A stretch of DNA of 64,000 nt, taken from Eledone cirrhosa. Lineage: Eukaryota. Location of the stretch: contig OZ024742.1 of the NCBI GenBank assembly GCA_964016885.1, positions 166,718,001 to 166,782,000 of the forward strand. Direction: 5' to 3'. Under the pieces are notes generated by a model, which was not told where the DNA came from, did no database searches, and saw only the letters and a program-made list of their open reading frames with translations. Below, piece after piece: positions 24,327 to 39,200 of the stretch. Position numbers and translations under genes: made by a program. The stretch's first letter is position 1. Every line of letters starts with the position of its first letter.

Positions 24327-27300
24327 ATAATTTGTAAAAAAAAATCAGGGGGAGATAATTCGTAAAAAAAAATCAGGGGGAGATAATTTGTAAAAAAAAA
24401 TCAGGGGGAGATAATTTGTAAAAAAATCAAGGGGAGATAATTTCCAGCCGTCCAAGGGAAGATAATTTCCAGCCCTCCAAGGGGCTATAATTTCCAGCGT
24501 CCAAGGGGAGATAATTTCCAGCCAGCGAAGGGGAGATAATTGTTTCAAAAAAATCATTGGGAGATTTGTAAAAAAAATCAGGGGGAGATAATTAATAAAA
24601 AAAATCAAGGGGAGATAATTTCCAGCCGTCCAAGGGGAGGTAATATCTAGCCGTCCAAGGGGAGATAATTTCCAGCCGTCCAAGGGGAGATAATTTCCAG
24701 CCGTCCAAGGGTAGATAATATCCAGCCGTCCAAGGGGACATATTTTCCAGCCGTCCAAGGAGAGGTAATTTCTAGCCGTCCAAGGGGAGATAAATTCCAG
24801 CCTCCAAGGGGAGATAATTTCCAGCCAGCCAAGGGGAGATAATTTGTAAAAAAATCAGGGGGAGATAATTTGTAAAAAAAATCAGGGGTAGATAATTTGT
24901 AAAAAAAAATCAGGGGGAGATAATTTGTAAAAAAAATCAGGGGGAGATAATTTGTAAAAACAAAATCAAGGGCAGATAATTTCCAGCTGTCCAAGGGGAG
25001 ATAATTTCCAGCCGTGCAAGGGGAGATAATTTCCAGCCGTCCAAGGGGAGATAATTTCCATCCTTCCAAGGGGAGATAATCTCCAGCCGTCCAAGGGGAG
25101 ATAATTTCCCGCCAGCCAAGGGAAGATAATTTTTAAAAAAATCAGGCGGAGATTGTAAAAAAAATCAGGGGAGATAATTTGTAAAAAAATCAGGGGGAGA
25201 TAATTTGTTAAAAAAAAATCAGGGGAGATAATTTGTAAAAAAAAATCAGGGGGAGATAATTTGTAAAAAAAAATCAGGGGGAGATAATTTGTAAAAAAAA
25301 TCAGGGGTAGATAATTTGTAAAAAAAAATCAGGGGGAGATAATTTGTAAAAAAAAATCAGGGGGAGATAATTTGTAAAAAAATCAAGGGGAGATAATATG
25401 CAGCCGTCCAAGGGGAGATAATTTTCAGCCGTCCAAGGAGAGGTAATTTCTAGCCGTCCAAGGGGAGATAATTTCCAGCCGTCCAAGGGGAGATAATTTC
25501 CAGCCGTCCAAGGGGAGATAGTTTTTTTCAAAAAATCAGGCGGAGATAATTTGTAAAAAAAAAATCAGGGGGAGATAATTTGTAAAAAAAAATCAGGGGG
25601 AGATAATTTGTAAAAAAAAATCAGGGGGAGATAATTTGTAAAAAAAATCAAGGGGAGATAATTTCCAGCCGTCCAAGGGAAGATAATTTCAAGCCCTCCA
25701 AGGGGCTATAATTTCCAGTGTCCAAGGGGAGATAATTTCCAGCCAGCGAAGGGGAGATCATTTTTTTTTAAAAATCAGGGGGAGATTTGTAAAAAAAATC
25801 AGGGGGAGATAATTTGTAAAAAAAATCAAAGGGAGATAATTTCCAGCCGTCCAAAGAGAGATAATTTCTAGCCGTCCAAGGGGAGATAATTTCGAGCCAA
25901 GGGGAGATAATTTCCAGCCGTCCAAGGGGAGATAATTTTTTAAAAAATTAGGTGGAGATAATTTGTAAAAAAAATCAGGGGGAGATAATTTGTAAAAACA
26001 AAATCAAGGGCAGATAATTTCCAGCTGTCCAAGGGGAGATAATTTCCAGCCGTGCAAGGGGAGATAATTTCCAGCCGTCCAAGGGGAGATAATTTCCCGC
26101 CAGCCAAGAGAAGATAATTTTTTAAAAAATCAGGCGGAGATTGTAAAAAAAATCAGGGGGAGATAATTTGTAAAAAAATCAGGGGGAGATAATTTGTAAA
26201 AAAATCAAGGGGAGATAATTTCCAGCTGTCCAAGGGGAGGTAATATCTAGCCGTCCAAGGGGAGATAATTTCCAGCCGTCCAAGGGGAGATAATTTCCAG
26301 CCGTCCAAGGGTAGATAATATCCAGCCGTCCAAGGAGACATATTTTCCAGCCGTCCAAGGAGAGGTAATTTCTAGCCGTCCAAGTGGAGATAAATTCCAG
26401 CCTCCAAGGGGAGATAATTTCCAGCCAGCCAAGGGGAGATAATTTGTAAAAAAATCAGGGGGAGATAATTTGTAAAAAAAATCAGGGGTAGATAATTTGT
26501 AAAAAAAATCAGGGGGAGATAATTTGTAAAAAGAATCAAGGGGAGATAATTTGCAGCCGTCCAAGGGGAGATAATTTTTAGCCGTCCAAGGAGAGGTAAT
26601 TTCTAGCCGTCCAAGGTGAGATAATATCCAGCCGTCCAAGGGGAGATAATTTCCAGCCGTCCAAGAGGAGATAATTTTTAAAAAAAAACAGGCGGAGATA
26701 ATTTGTAAAAAAAAAATCAGGGTGAGATAATTTGTAAAAAAAAATCAGGGGGAGATAATTTGTAAAAAAAAATCAGGGGGAGGTAATTTATAAAAAAAAT
26801 CAAGGGGAGATAATTTCCAGCCGTCCAAGGGAAGATAATTTCCAGCCCTCCAAGGGGCTATAATTTCCAGCGTCCAAGGGGAGATAATTTCCAGCCAGCG
26901 AAGGGGAGATAATTTTTTTTTTTTTAATCAGGGGGACATAATTTGTAAAAAAAATAAGGGGGAGATAATTTGTAAAAAAAATCAAGGGGAGATAATTTGT
27001 AAAAAAAAATCAGGGGGAGATAATTTGTAAAAAAAAATCAGGGGGAGATAATTTGTAAAAAAAATCAAGGGGAGATAATTTCCAGCCGTCCAAGGGGAGA
27101 TAATTTTCAGCCGTCCAAGGGGAGATAATTTCCCGCCAGCCAAGGGAAGATAATATTTAAAAAAATCAGGCGGAGTTAATTTGTAAAAAAAATCAGGGGG
27201 AGATAGTTTGTAAAAAAATCAGGGGGAGATAATTTGTAAAAAAAAATCAGGGGGAGATTTGTAAAAAAAATCAGGGGGAGATAATTTGTAAAAAAAAATC

Positions 27301-30240
27301 AGGGATAGATAATTTGTAAAAAAAAATCAGGGGTAGATAATTTGTAAAAAAAAATCGGGGAGATAATTTGTAAAAAAATCAATTGGAGATAATTTCCAGC
27401 CGTCCAAGGGGAGATAATTTTCAGCCGTCCAAGGAGAGGTAATTTCTAGACGTCCAAGGGGAGATAATTTCCAGCCGTCCAATGGGAGATAATTTCCAGC
27501 CGTCCAAGGGGAGATAATTTTTTAAAAAAAATCAGGCGGAGATAATTTGTAAAAAAAATCAAAGGGAGATAATTTCCAGCCGTCCAAAGAGAGATAATTT
27601 GCAGCCGTCCAAGGGGAGATAATTTTCAGTCGTCCAAGGAGAGGTAATTTCTAGCCGTCCAAGGGGAGATAATTTCCAGCCGTCCAAGGGGAGATAATTT
27701 CCAGCCGTCCAAGGGGAGATAATTTTTTTAAAAAAATCAGGCGGAGATAATTTGTAAAACAAATCAGGGGGAGATAATTTGTAAAAAAAAATCAGGGGGA
27801 GATAATTTGTAAAAAAAAATCAGGGGGAGATAATTTGTAAAAAAAATCAAGGAGAGATAATTTCCAGCCGTCCAAGGGAAGATAATTTCAAGCCCTCCAA
27901 GGGGCTATAATTTCCAGTGTCCAAGGGGAGATAATTTCCAGCCAGCGAAGAGGAGATAATTTTTTTTTTTAAATCAGGGGGAGATTTGTAAAAAAAATCA
28001 AGGGGAGACAATTTGTAAAAAAAATCAAAGGGAGATAATTTCCAGCCGTCCAAAGAGAGATAATTTCTAGCCGTCCAAGGGGAGATAATTTCGAGCCAAG
28101 GTGGAGATAATTTCCAGCCGTACAAGGGGAGATAATTTTTTAAAAAATCAGGTGGAGATAATTTGTAAAAAAAATCAGGGGGAGATAATTTGTAAAAACA
28201 AAATCAAGGGCAGATAATTTCCAGCTGTCCAAGGGGAGATAATTTCCAGCCGTGCAAGGGGAGATAATTTCCAGCCGTCCAAGGGGAGATAATTTCCATC
28301 CTTCCAAGGGGAGATAATTTCCAGCCGTCCAAGGGGAGATAATTACCCGCCAGCCAAGGGAAGATAATTTTTTACAAAATCAGGCGGAGATTGTAAAAAA
28401 AATCAGGGGGAGATAATTTGTAAAAAAATCAGGGGGAGATAATTTGTAAAAAAATCAAGGGGAGATAATTTCCAGCCGTCCAAGGGGAGGTAATATCTAG
28501 CCGTCCAAGGGGAGATAATTTCCAGCCGTCCAAGGGGAGATAATTTCCAGCCGTCCAAGGGTAGATAATATCCAGCCGTCCAAGGAGACATATTTTCCAG
28601 CCGTCCAAGGAGAGGTAATTTCTAGCCGTCCAAGGGGAGATAAATTCCAGCCTCCAAGGGGACATAATTTCCAGCCAGCCAAGGGGAGATAATTTGTAAA
28701 AAAATCAGGGGGAGATAATTTTTAAAAAAAATCAGGGGGAGATAATTTGTAAAAAAAAATCAGGGGGAGATAATTTGTAAAAAAAATCAGGGGGAGATAA
28801 TTTGTAAAAAAAATCAAGGGGAGATAATTTCCAGCCGTCCAAGGGGAGATAATTTTCAGCCGTCCAAGGGGAGATAATTTCCCGCCAGCCAAGGGAAGAT
28901 AATATTTAAAAAATGAGGCGGAGATAATTTGTAAAAAAAATCAGGGGGAGATAATTTGTAAAAAAATCAGGGGGAGATAATTTGTAAAAAAAAATCAGGG
29001 GGAGATAATTTGTAAAAAAAATCAGGGGGAGATAATTTGTAAAAAAAATCAGGGGTAGATAATTTGTAAAAAAAAATCAGGGGGAGATAATTTGTAAAAA
29101 AAATCAAGGGGAGATAATTTCCAGCCGTCCAAGGGAAGATAATTTCAAGCCCTCCAAGGGGCTATAATTTCCAGTGTCCAAGGGGAGATAATTTCCAGCC
29201 AGCGAAGGGGAGATAATTTTTTTTTAAAAATCAGGGGGAGATTTGTAAAAAAAATCAGGGGGAGATAATTTGTAAAAAAAATCAAGGGGAGATAATTTCC
29301 AGCCGTCGAAGGGAAGATAATTTCCAGCCCTCCAAGGGGCTATAATTTCCAGCGTCCAAGGGGAGATAATTTCCAGCCAGCGAAGGGGAGATAATTTTTT
29401 AAAAAAAATCATTGGGAGATTTGTAAAAAAAATCAGGGAGAGATAATTTGTAAAAAAAATCAAGGGGAGATAATTTCCAGCCGTCCAAGGGGAGGTAATA
29501 TCTAGCCGTCCAAGGGGAGATAATTTCCAGCCGTCCAAGGGGAGATAATTTCCAGCCGTCCAAGGGTAGATAATATCCAGCCGTCCAAGTAGACATTTTC
29601 CAGCCGTCCAAGGAGAGGTAATTTCTAGCCGTCCAAGGGAAGATAAATTCCAGCCTCCAAGGGGAGATAATTTCCAGCCAGCCAAGGGGAGATAATTTGT
29701 AAAAAAATCAGGGGGAGATAATTTGTAAAAAAAATCAGGGGGAGATAATTTGTAAAAAAAAATCAGGGGGAGATAATTTGTAAAAAAAAATCAGGGGGAG
29801 ATAATTTGTAAAAAAAAATCAGGGGGAGATAATTTGTAAAAAAAATCAAGGGGAGATAATTTCCAGCCGTCCAAGGGGAGATAATTTTCAGCCGTCCAAG
29901 GGGAGATAATTTCCAGCCGTCCAAGGGGAGATAATTTCCATCCTTCCAAGGGGAGATAATTTCCAGCCTTCCAAGGGGAGATAATTTTCAGCCGTCCAAG
30001 GGGAGATAATTTCCCGCCAGCAAAGGGAAGATAATATTTTAAAAAATCAGCCGGAGATAATTTGTAAAAAAAATCAGGGGGAGATAATTTGTAAAAAAAT
30101 CAGGGGGAGATAATTTGTAAAAAAAAAATCAGGGGGAGATAATTTGTAAAAAAAATCAGGAGGAGATAATTTGTAAAAAAAAATCAGGGGTAGATAATTT
30201 GTAAAAAAAAATCAGGGGGAGATAATTTGTAAAAAAAAAA

Positions 30241-33200
30241 TCAGGGGGAGATAATTTGTAAAAAAAATCAAGGGGAGATAATTTCCAGCCGTCCAAGGAG
30301 AGATAATTTTAAAAAAAAATCAGGCGGAGATGATTTGTAAAAAAAAATCAAGGGGAGATAATTTGTAAAAAAAAATCAGGGGGAGATAATTTGTAAAAAA
30401 AATCAAGGGGAGATAATTTCCAGCCGTCCAAGGGAAGATAATTTCCAGCACTCCAAGGGGCTATAATTTCCAGTGTCCAAGGGGAGATAATTTCCAGCCA
30501 GCGAAGGGGAGATAATTTTTTTAAAAAAATCAGGGGGAGATATGTAAAAAAAATCAGAGGGAGATAATTTCTAAAAAAAATCAAAGGGAGATAATTTCCA
30601 GCCGTCCAAAGAGAGATAATTTCTAGCCGTCCAAGGGGAGATAATTTCCAGCCGTCCAAGGGGAGATAATTATTTAAAAAATCAGGTGGACATAATTTGT
30701 AAAAAAAATCAGGGGGAGATAATTTGTAAAAACAAAATCAAGGGCAGATAATTTCCAGCTGTCCAAGGGGAGATAATTTCCAGCCGTGCAAGGGGAGATA
30801 ATTTCCAGCCGTCCAAGGGGAGATAATTTCCATCCTTCCAAGGGGAGATAATCTCCAGCCGTCCAAGGGGAGATAATTTCCCGCCAGCAAAGGGAAGATA
30901 ATTTTTAAAAAAATCAGGCGGAGATTGTAAAAAAAATCAGGGGGAGATAATTTGTAAAAAAATCAGGGGGAGATAATTTGTAAAAAAAAAATCAGGGGAG
31001 ATAATTTGTAAAAAAAAATCAGGGGGAGATAATTTGTAAAAAAAAAATCAGGGGGAGATAATTTGTAAAAAAAATCAGGGGGAGATAATTTGTAAAAAAA
31101 AATCAAGGGGAGATAATTTGTAAAAAAAATCAGGGGGAGATAATTAGTAAAAAAATCAAGGGGAGATAATTTCCAGCCGTCCAAGGGGAGGTAATATCTA
31201 GCCGTCCAAGGGGAGATAATTTCCCGCCAGCCAAGGGAAGATAATATTTAAAAAAATCAGGCGGAGATAATTTGTAAAAAAAATCAGGGGGAGATAATTT
31301 GTAAAAAAATCAGGGGGAGATAATTTGTAAAAAAAATCAAGGGGAGATAATTTCCAGCCGTCCAAGGGGAGGTAATATCTAGCCGTCCAAGGGGAGATAA
31401 TTTCCAGCCGTCCAAGAGGAGATAATTTCCAGCCGTCCAAGGGTAGATAATATCCAGCCGTCCAAGGAGACATATTTTCCAGCCGTCCAAGGAGAGGTAA
31501 TTTCTAGCCGTCCAAGGGGAGATAAATTCCAGCCTCCAAGGGGAGATAATTTCCAGCCAGCCAAGGGGAGATAATTTGTAAAAAAAATCAGGGGGAGATA
31601 ATTTGTAAAAAAAATCAGGGGGAGATAATTTGTAAAGAAATCAGGGGGAGATAATTTGTAAAAAAAAAATCAGGGGGAGATAATTTGTAAAAAAAATCAG
31701 GGGGAGATGATTTGTAAAAAAAAATCAGGGGTAGATAATTTGTAAAAAAAAATCAGGGGGAGATAATTTGTAAAAAAAAATCAGGGGGAGATAATTTGTA
31801 AAAAAAATCAAGGGGAGATAATTTCCAGCCGTCGAAGGGAAGATAATTTCCAGCCCTCCAAGGGGCTATAATTTCCAGCGTCCAAGGGGAGATAATTTCC
31901 AGCCGTCCAAGGGGAGATAATTTCCAGCCGTCCAAGGGTAGATAATATCCAGCCGTCCAAGTAGACATTTTCCAGCCGTCCAAGGAGAGGTAATTTATAG
32001 CCGTCCAAGGGGAGATAAATTCCAGCCTCCAAGGGGAGATAATTTCCAGCCAGCCAAGGGGAGATAATTTGTAAAAAAATCAGGGGGAGATAATTTGTAA
32101 AAAAAATCAGGGGGAGATAATTTGTAAAAAAAAATCAGGGGGAGATAATTTGTAAAAAAAATCAGGGGGAGATAATTTGTAAAAAAAATCAGGGGGAGAT
32201 AATTTGTAAAAAAAATCAAGGGGAGATAATTTCCAGCCGTCCAAGGGGAGATAATTTTCAGCCGTCAAAGGGGAGATAATTTCCAGCCGTCCAAGGGGAG
32301 ATAATTTCCATCCTTCCAAGGGGAGATAATTTCCAGCCGTCCAAGGGGAGATAATTTTCAGCCGTCCAAGGGGAGATAATTTCCCGCCAGCCAAGGGAAG
32401 ATAATATTTTAAAAAATCAGGCGGAGATAATTTGTAAAAAAAATCAGGGGGAGATAATTTGTAAAAAAATCAGGGGGAGATAATTTGTAAAAAAAAAATC
32501 AGGGGGAGATAATTTGTAAAAAAAATCAGGGGGAGATAATTTGTAAAAAAAAATCAGGGGTAGATAATTTGTAAAAAAAAATCAGGGGGAGATAATTTGT
32601 AAAAAAAAATCAGGGGGAGATAATTTGTAAAAAAAATCAAGGGGAGATAATTTCCAGCCGTCCAAGGAGAGATAATTTTAAAAAAAAATCAGGCGGAGAT
32701 AATTTGTAAAAAAAAATCAAGGGGAGATAATTTGTAAAAAAAATCAAGGAGAGATAATTTCCAGCCGTCCAAGGGAAGATAATTTCCAGCACTCCAAGGG
32801 GCTATAATTTCCAGTGTCCAAGGGGAGATAATTTCCAGCCAGCGAAGGGGAGATAATTTTTTTAAAAAAATCAGGGGGAGATATGTAAAAAAAATCAGAG
32901 GGAGATAATTTCTAAAAAAAATCAAAGGGAGATAATTTCCAGCCGTCCAAAGAGAGATAATTTCTAGCCGTCCAAGGGGAGATAATTTCCAGCCAAGGGG
33001 AGATAATTTCCAGCCGTCCAAGGGGAGATAATTATTTAAAAAATCAGGTGGAGATAATTTGTAAAAAAAATCAGGGGGAGATAATTTGTAAAAACAAAAT
33101 CAAGGGCAGATAATTTCCAGCTGTCCAAGGGGAGATAATTTCCAGCCGTGCAAGGGGAGATAATTTCCAGCCGTCCAAGGGGAGATAATTTCCATCCTTC

Positions 33201-36200
33201 CAAGGGGAGATAATGTCCAGCCGTCCAAGGGGAGATAATTTCCCGCCAGCCAAGGGAAGATAATTTTTAAAAAAATCAGGCGGAGATTGTAAAAAAAATC
33301 AGGGGGAGATAATTTGTAAAAAAAAAATCAGGGGGAGATAATTTGTAAAAAAAATCAGGGGTAGATAATTTGTAAAAAAAAATCAGGGGGAGATAATTTG
33401 TAAAAAAAAATCAGGGGGAGATAATTTCTAAAAAAATCAAGGGGAGATAATATGCAGCCGTCCAAGGGGAGATAATTTTCAGCCGTCCAAGGAGAGGTAA
33501 TTTCTAGCCGTCCAAGGGGAGATAATTTCCAGCCGTCCAAGGGGAGATAATTTCCAGCCGTCCAAGGGGAGATAGTTTTTTTAAAAAAATCAGGCGGAGA
33601 TAATTTGTAAAAAAAAAATCAGGGGGAGATAATTTGTAAAAAAAAATCAGGGGGAGATAATTTGTAAAAAAAAATCAGGGGGAGATAATTTGTAAAAAAA
33701 ATCAGGGGGAGATAATTAGTAAAAAAAATCAAGGGGAGATAATTTCCAGCCGTCCAAGGGGAGGTAATATCTAGCCGTCCAAGGGGAGATAATTTCCAGC
33801 CGTCCAAGGGGAGATAATTTCCAGCCGTCCAAGGGTAGATAATATCCAGCCGTCCAAGTAGACATATTTTCCAGCCGTCCAAGGAGAGGTAATTTCTAGC
33901 CGTCCAAGGGGAGATGAATTCCAGCCTCCAAGGGGAGATAATTTCCAGCCAGCCAAGGGGAGATAATTTGTAAAAAAATCAGGGGGAGATAATTTGTAAA
34001 AAAAATCAGGGGGAGATAATTTGTAAAAAAAATCAGGGGGAGATAATTTGTAAAAACAAATCAGGGGGAGATAATTTGTAAAAAAAATCAGGGGGAGATA
34101 ATTTGTAAAAAAAAATCAGGGGGAGATAATTTGTAAAAAAAAATCAGGGGGAGATAATTTGTAAAAAAAAATCAGGGGGAGATAATTTGTAAAAAAAATC
34201 AAGGGAGATAATTTGCAGCCGTCCAAGGAGAGATAATTTTCAGCCGTCCAAGGAGAGGTAATTTCTAGCTGTCCAAGGTGAGATAATATCCAGCCGTCCA
34301 AGGGGAGATAATTTCCAGCCGTCCAAGGGGAGATAATTTTAAAATAAAAACAGGCGAAGATAATTTGTAAAAAAAAAATCAGGGGGAGATAATTTGTAAA
34401 AAAAAATCAGGGGGAGATAATTTGTAAAAAAAATCAGGGGGAGGTAATTTGTAAAAAAAATCAAGGGGAGATAATTTCCAGCCGTCCAAGGGAAGATAAT
34501 TTCCAGCCCTCCAAGGGGCTATAATTTCCAGCGTCCAAGGGGAGATAATTTCCAGCCAGCGAAGGGGAGATAATTTTTTTTTTTTTAAATCAGGGGGACA
34601 TAATTTGTAAAAAAAGTCAGGGGGAGATAATTTGTAAAAAAAATCAAGGGGAGATAATTTGTAAAAAAAAATCAGGGGGAGATAATTTGTAAAAAAAAAT
34701 CAGGGGGAGATAATTTGTAAAAAAAATCAAGGGGAGATAATTTGTAAAAAAAAATCAAGGGGAGATAATTTCCAGCCGTCCAAGGGGAGATAATTTTCAG
34801 CCGTCCAAGGGGAGATAATTTCCCGCCAGCCAATGAAAGATAATATTTAAAAAAATCAGGCGGAGATAATTTGTAAAAAAAATCAGGGGGAGATAATTTG
34901 TAAAAAAATCAGGGGGAGATAATTTGTAAAAAAAAAATCAGGGGGAGATAATTTGTAAAAAAAATCAGGGGGAGATAATTTGTAAAAAAAAATCAGGGGG
35001 AGATAATTTGTAAAAAAAATCAGGGGGAGATAATTTGTAAAAAAAATCAATTGGAGATAATTTCCAGCCGTCCAAGGGGAGATAATTTTCAGCCGTCCAA
35101 TGAGAGGTAATTTCTAGACGTCCAAGGGGAGATAATTTCCAGCCGTCCAAGGGGAGATAATTTCCAGCCGTCCAAGGGTAGATAATATCCAGCCGTCCAA
35201 GGAGACATATTTTCCAGCTTTCCAAGGAGAGGTAATTTCTAGCCGTCCAAGGGGAGATAAATTCCAGCCTCCAAGGGGAGATAATTTCCAGCCAGCCAAG
35301 GGGAGATAATTTGTAAAAAAATCAGGGGGAGATAATTTGTAAAAAAAATCAGGGGGAGATAATTTGTAAAAAAAATCAGGGGGAGATAATTTGTAAAAAA
35401 CATCAAGGGGAGATAATTTCCAGCCGTCCAAGGGGAGATAATTTTCAGCCGTCCAAGGGGAGATAATTTCCCGCCAGCCAAGGGAAGATAATATTTAAAA
35501 AATGAGGCGGAGATAATTTGTAAAAAAAATCAGGGGGAGATAATTTGTAAAAAAATCAGGGGGAGATAATTTGTAAAAAAAAAATCAGGGGGAGATAATT
35601 TGTAAAAAAAATCAGGGGGAGATAATTTGTAAAAAAAAATCAGGGGTAGATAATTTGTAAAAAAAAATCAGGGGGAGATAATTTGTAAAAAAAATCAGGG
35701 GGAGATAATTTGTAAAAAAAATCAAGGGGAGATAATTTCCAGCCGTCCAAGGGAAGATAATTTCAAGCCCTCCAAGGGGCTATAATTTCCAGTGTCCAAG
35801 GGGAGATAATTTCCAGCCAGCGAAGGGGAGATAATTTTTTTTTAAAAATCAGGGGGAGATTTGTAAAAAAAATCAGGGGGAGATAATTTGTAAAAAAAAT
35901 CAAAGGGAGATAATTTCCAGCCGTCCAAAGAGAGATAATTTCTAGCCGTCCAAGGGGAGATAATTTCGAGCCAAGGGGAGATAATTTCCAGCCGTCCAAG
36001 GGGAGATAATTTTTTAAAAAATCAGGTGGAGATAATTTGTAAAAAAAATCAGGGGGAGATAATTTGTAAAAACAAAATCAAGGGCAGATAATTTCCAGCT
36101 GTCCAAGGGGAGATAATTTCCAGCCGTGCAAGGGGAGATAATTTCCAGCCGTCCAAGGGGAGATAATTTCCATCCTTCCAAGGGGAGATAATTTCCAGCC

Positions 36201-39200
36201 GTCCAAGGGGAGATAATTTCCCGCCAGCCAAGGGAAGATAATTTTTTAAAAAATCAGGCGGAGATTGTAAAAAAAATCAGGGGGAGATAATTTGTAAAAA
36301 AATCAGGGGGAGATAATTTGTAAAAAAATCAAGGGGAGATAATTTCCAGCTGTCCAAGGGGAGGTAATATCTAGCCGTCCAAGGGGAGATAATTTCCAGC
36401 CGTCCAAGGGGAGATAATTTCCAGCCGTCCAAGGGTAGATAATATCCAGCCGTCCAAGGAGACATATTTTCCAGCCCTCCAAGGAGAGGTAATTTCTAGC
36501 CGTCCAAGTGGAGATAAATTCCAGCCTCCAAGGGGAGATAATTTCCAGCCAGCCAAGGGAAGATAATTTGTAAAAAAATCAGGGGGAGATAATTTGTAAA
36601 AAAAATCAGGGGGAGATAATTTGTAAAAAAAAATCAGGGGGAGATAATTTGTAAAAAAAATCAGGGGGAGATAATTTGTAAAAAAAATCAAGGGGAGATA
36701 ATTTCCAGCCGTCCAAGGAGAGATAATTTTAAAAAAAAATCAGGCGGAGATGATTTGTAAAAAAAAATCAAGGGGAGATAATTTGTAAAAAAAAATCAGG
36801 GGGAGATAATTTGTAAAAAAAATCAAGGGGAGATAATTTCCAGCCGTCCAAGGGAAGATAATTTCCAGCACTCCAAGGGGCTATAATTTCCAGTGTCCAA
36901 GGGGAGATAATTTCCAGCCAGCGAAGGGGAGATAATTTTTTTAAAAAAATCAGGGGGAGATATGTAAAAAAAATCAGAGGGAGATAATTTCTAAAAAAAA
37001 TCAAAGGGAGATAATTTCCAGCCGTCCAAAGAGAGATAATTTCTAGCCGTCCAAGGGGAGATAATTTCCAGCCGTCCAAGGGGAGATAATTATTTAAAAA
37101 ATCAGGTGGACATAATTTGTAAAAAAAATCAGGGGGAGATAATTTGTAAAAACAAAATCAAGGGCAGATAATTTCCAGCTGTCCAAGGGGAGATAATTTC
37201 CAGCCGTGCAAGGGGAGATAATTTCCAGCCGTCCAAGGGGAGATAATTTCCATCCTTCCAAGGGGAGATAATCTCCAGCCGTCCAAGGGGAGATAATTTC
37301 CCGCCAGCAAAGGGAAGATAATTTTTAAAAAAATCAGGCGGAGATTGTAAAAAAAATCAGGGGGAGATAATTTGTAAAAAAATCAGGGGGAGATAATTTG
37401 TAAAAAAAAAATCAGGGGAGATAATTTGTAAAAAAAAATCAGGGGGAGATAATTTGTAAAAAAAAAATCAGGGGGAGATAATTTGTAAAAAAAATCAGGG
37501 GGAGATAATTTGTAAAAAAAAATCAAGGGGAGATAATTTGTAAAAAAAATCAGGGGGAGATAATTAGTAAAAAAATCAAGGGGAGATAATTTCCAGCCGT
37601 CCAAGGGGAGGTAATATCTAGCCGTCCAAGGGGAGATAATTTCCCGCCAGCCAAGGGAAGATAATATTTAAAAAAATCAGGCGGAGATAATTTGTAAAAA
37701 AAATCAGGGGGAGATAATTTGTAAAAAAATCAGGGGGAGATAATTTGTAAAAAAAATCAAGGGGAGATAATTTCCAGCCGTCCAAGGGGAGGTAATATCT
37801 AGCCGTCCAAGGGGAGATAATTTCCAGCCGTCCAAGAGGAGATAATTTCCAGCCGTCCAAGGGTAGATAATATCCAGCCGTCCAAGGAGACATATTTTCC
37901 AGCCGTCCAAGGAGAGGTAATTTCTAGCCGTCCAAGGGGAGATAAATTCCAGCCTCCAAGGGGAGATAATTTCCAGCCAGCCAAGGGGAGATAATTTGTA
38001 AAAAAAATCAGGGGGAGATAATTTGTAAAAAAAATCAGGGGGAGATAATTTGTAAAAAAATCAGGGGGAGATAATTTGTAAAAAAAAAATCAGGGGGAGA
38101 TAATTTGTAAAAAAAATCAGGGGGAGATGATTTGTAAAAAAAAATCAGGGGTAGATAATTTGTAAAAAAAAATCAGGGGGAGATAATTTGTAAAAAAAAA
38201 TCAGGGGGAGATAATTTGTAAAAAAAATCAAGGGGAGATAATTTCCAGCCGTCGAAGGGAAGATAATTTCCAGCCCTCCAAGGGGCTATAATTTCCAGCG
38301 TCCAAGGGGAGATAATTTCCAGCCGTCCAAGGGGAGATAATTTCCAGCCGTCCAAGGGTAGATAATATCCAGCCGTCCAAGTAGACATTTTCCAGCCGTC
38401 CAAGGAGAGGTAATTTATAGCCGTCCAAGGGGAGATAAATTCCAGCCTCCAAGGGGAGATAATTTCCAGCCAGCCAAGGGGAGATAATTTGTAAAAAAAT
38501 CAGGGGGAGATAATTTGTAAAAAAAATCAGGGGGAGATAATTTGTAAAAAAAAATCAGGGGGAGATAATTTGTAAAAAAAATCAGGGGGAGATAATTTGT
38601 AAAAAAAATCAGGGGGAGATAATTTGTAAAAAAAATCAAGGGGAGATAATTTCCAGCCGTCCAAGGGGAGATAATTTTCAGCCGTCAAAGGGGAGATAAT
38701 TTCCAGCCGTCCAAGGGGAGATAATTTCCATCCTTCCAAGGGGAGATAATTTCCAGCCGTCCAAGGGGAGATAATTTTCAGCCGTCCAAGGGGAGATAAT
38801 TTCCCGCCAGCCAAGGGAAGATAATATTTTAAAAAATCAGGCGGAGATAATTTGTAAAAAAAATCAGGGGGAGATAATTTGTAAAAAAATCAGGGGGAGA
38901 TAATTTGTAAAAAAAAAATCAGGGGGAGATAATTTGTAAAAAAAATCAGGGGGAGATAATTTGTAAAAAAAAATCAGGGGTAGATAATTTGTAAAAAAAA
39001 ATCAGGGGGAGATAATTTGTAAAAAAAAATCAGGGGGAGATAATTTGTAAAAAAAATCAAGGGGAGATAATTTCCAGCCGTCCAAGGAGAGATAATTTTA
39101 AAAAAAAATCAGGCGGAGATAATTTGTAAAAAAAAATCAAGGGGAGATAATTTGTAAAAAAAATCAAGGAGAGATAATTTCCAGCCGTCCAAGGGAAGAT

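Larger units (their letters stand above)
1..31577 (+). repeat. Macro higher-order repeat, copy 1 (~25.25 kb core unit plus 2412 bp and 3917 bp extra segments)
   Basis: Base 1 matches 31578 and 37998. Rare markers recur at the same offsets: GAGATGATTTGT (~128/31705/38125), TAATTTATAGCC (~414/31991/38411), GATGAATTCC (~2337/33913/40333), CAATGAAAG (~3255/34831/41251). ORF 176 matches ORFs 31753 and 38173. Confidence 0.9.
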
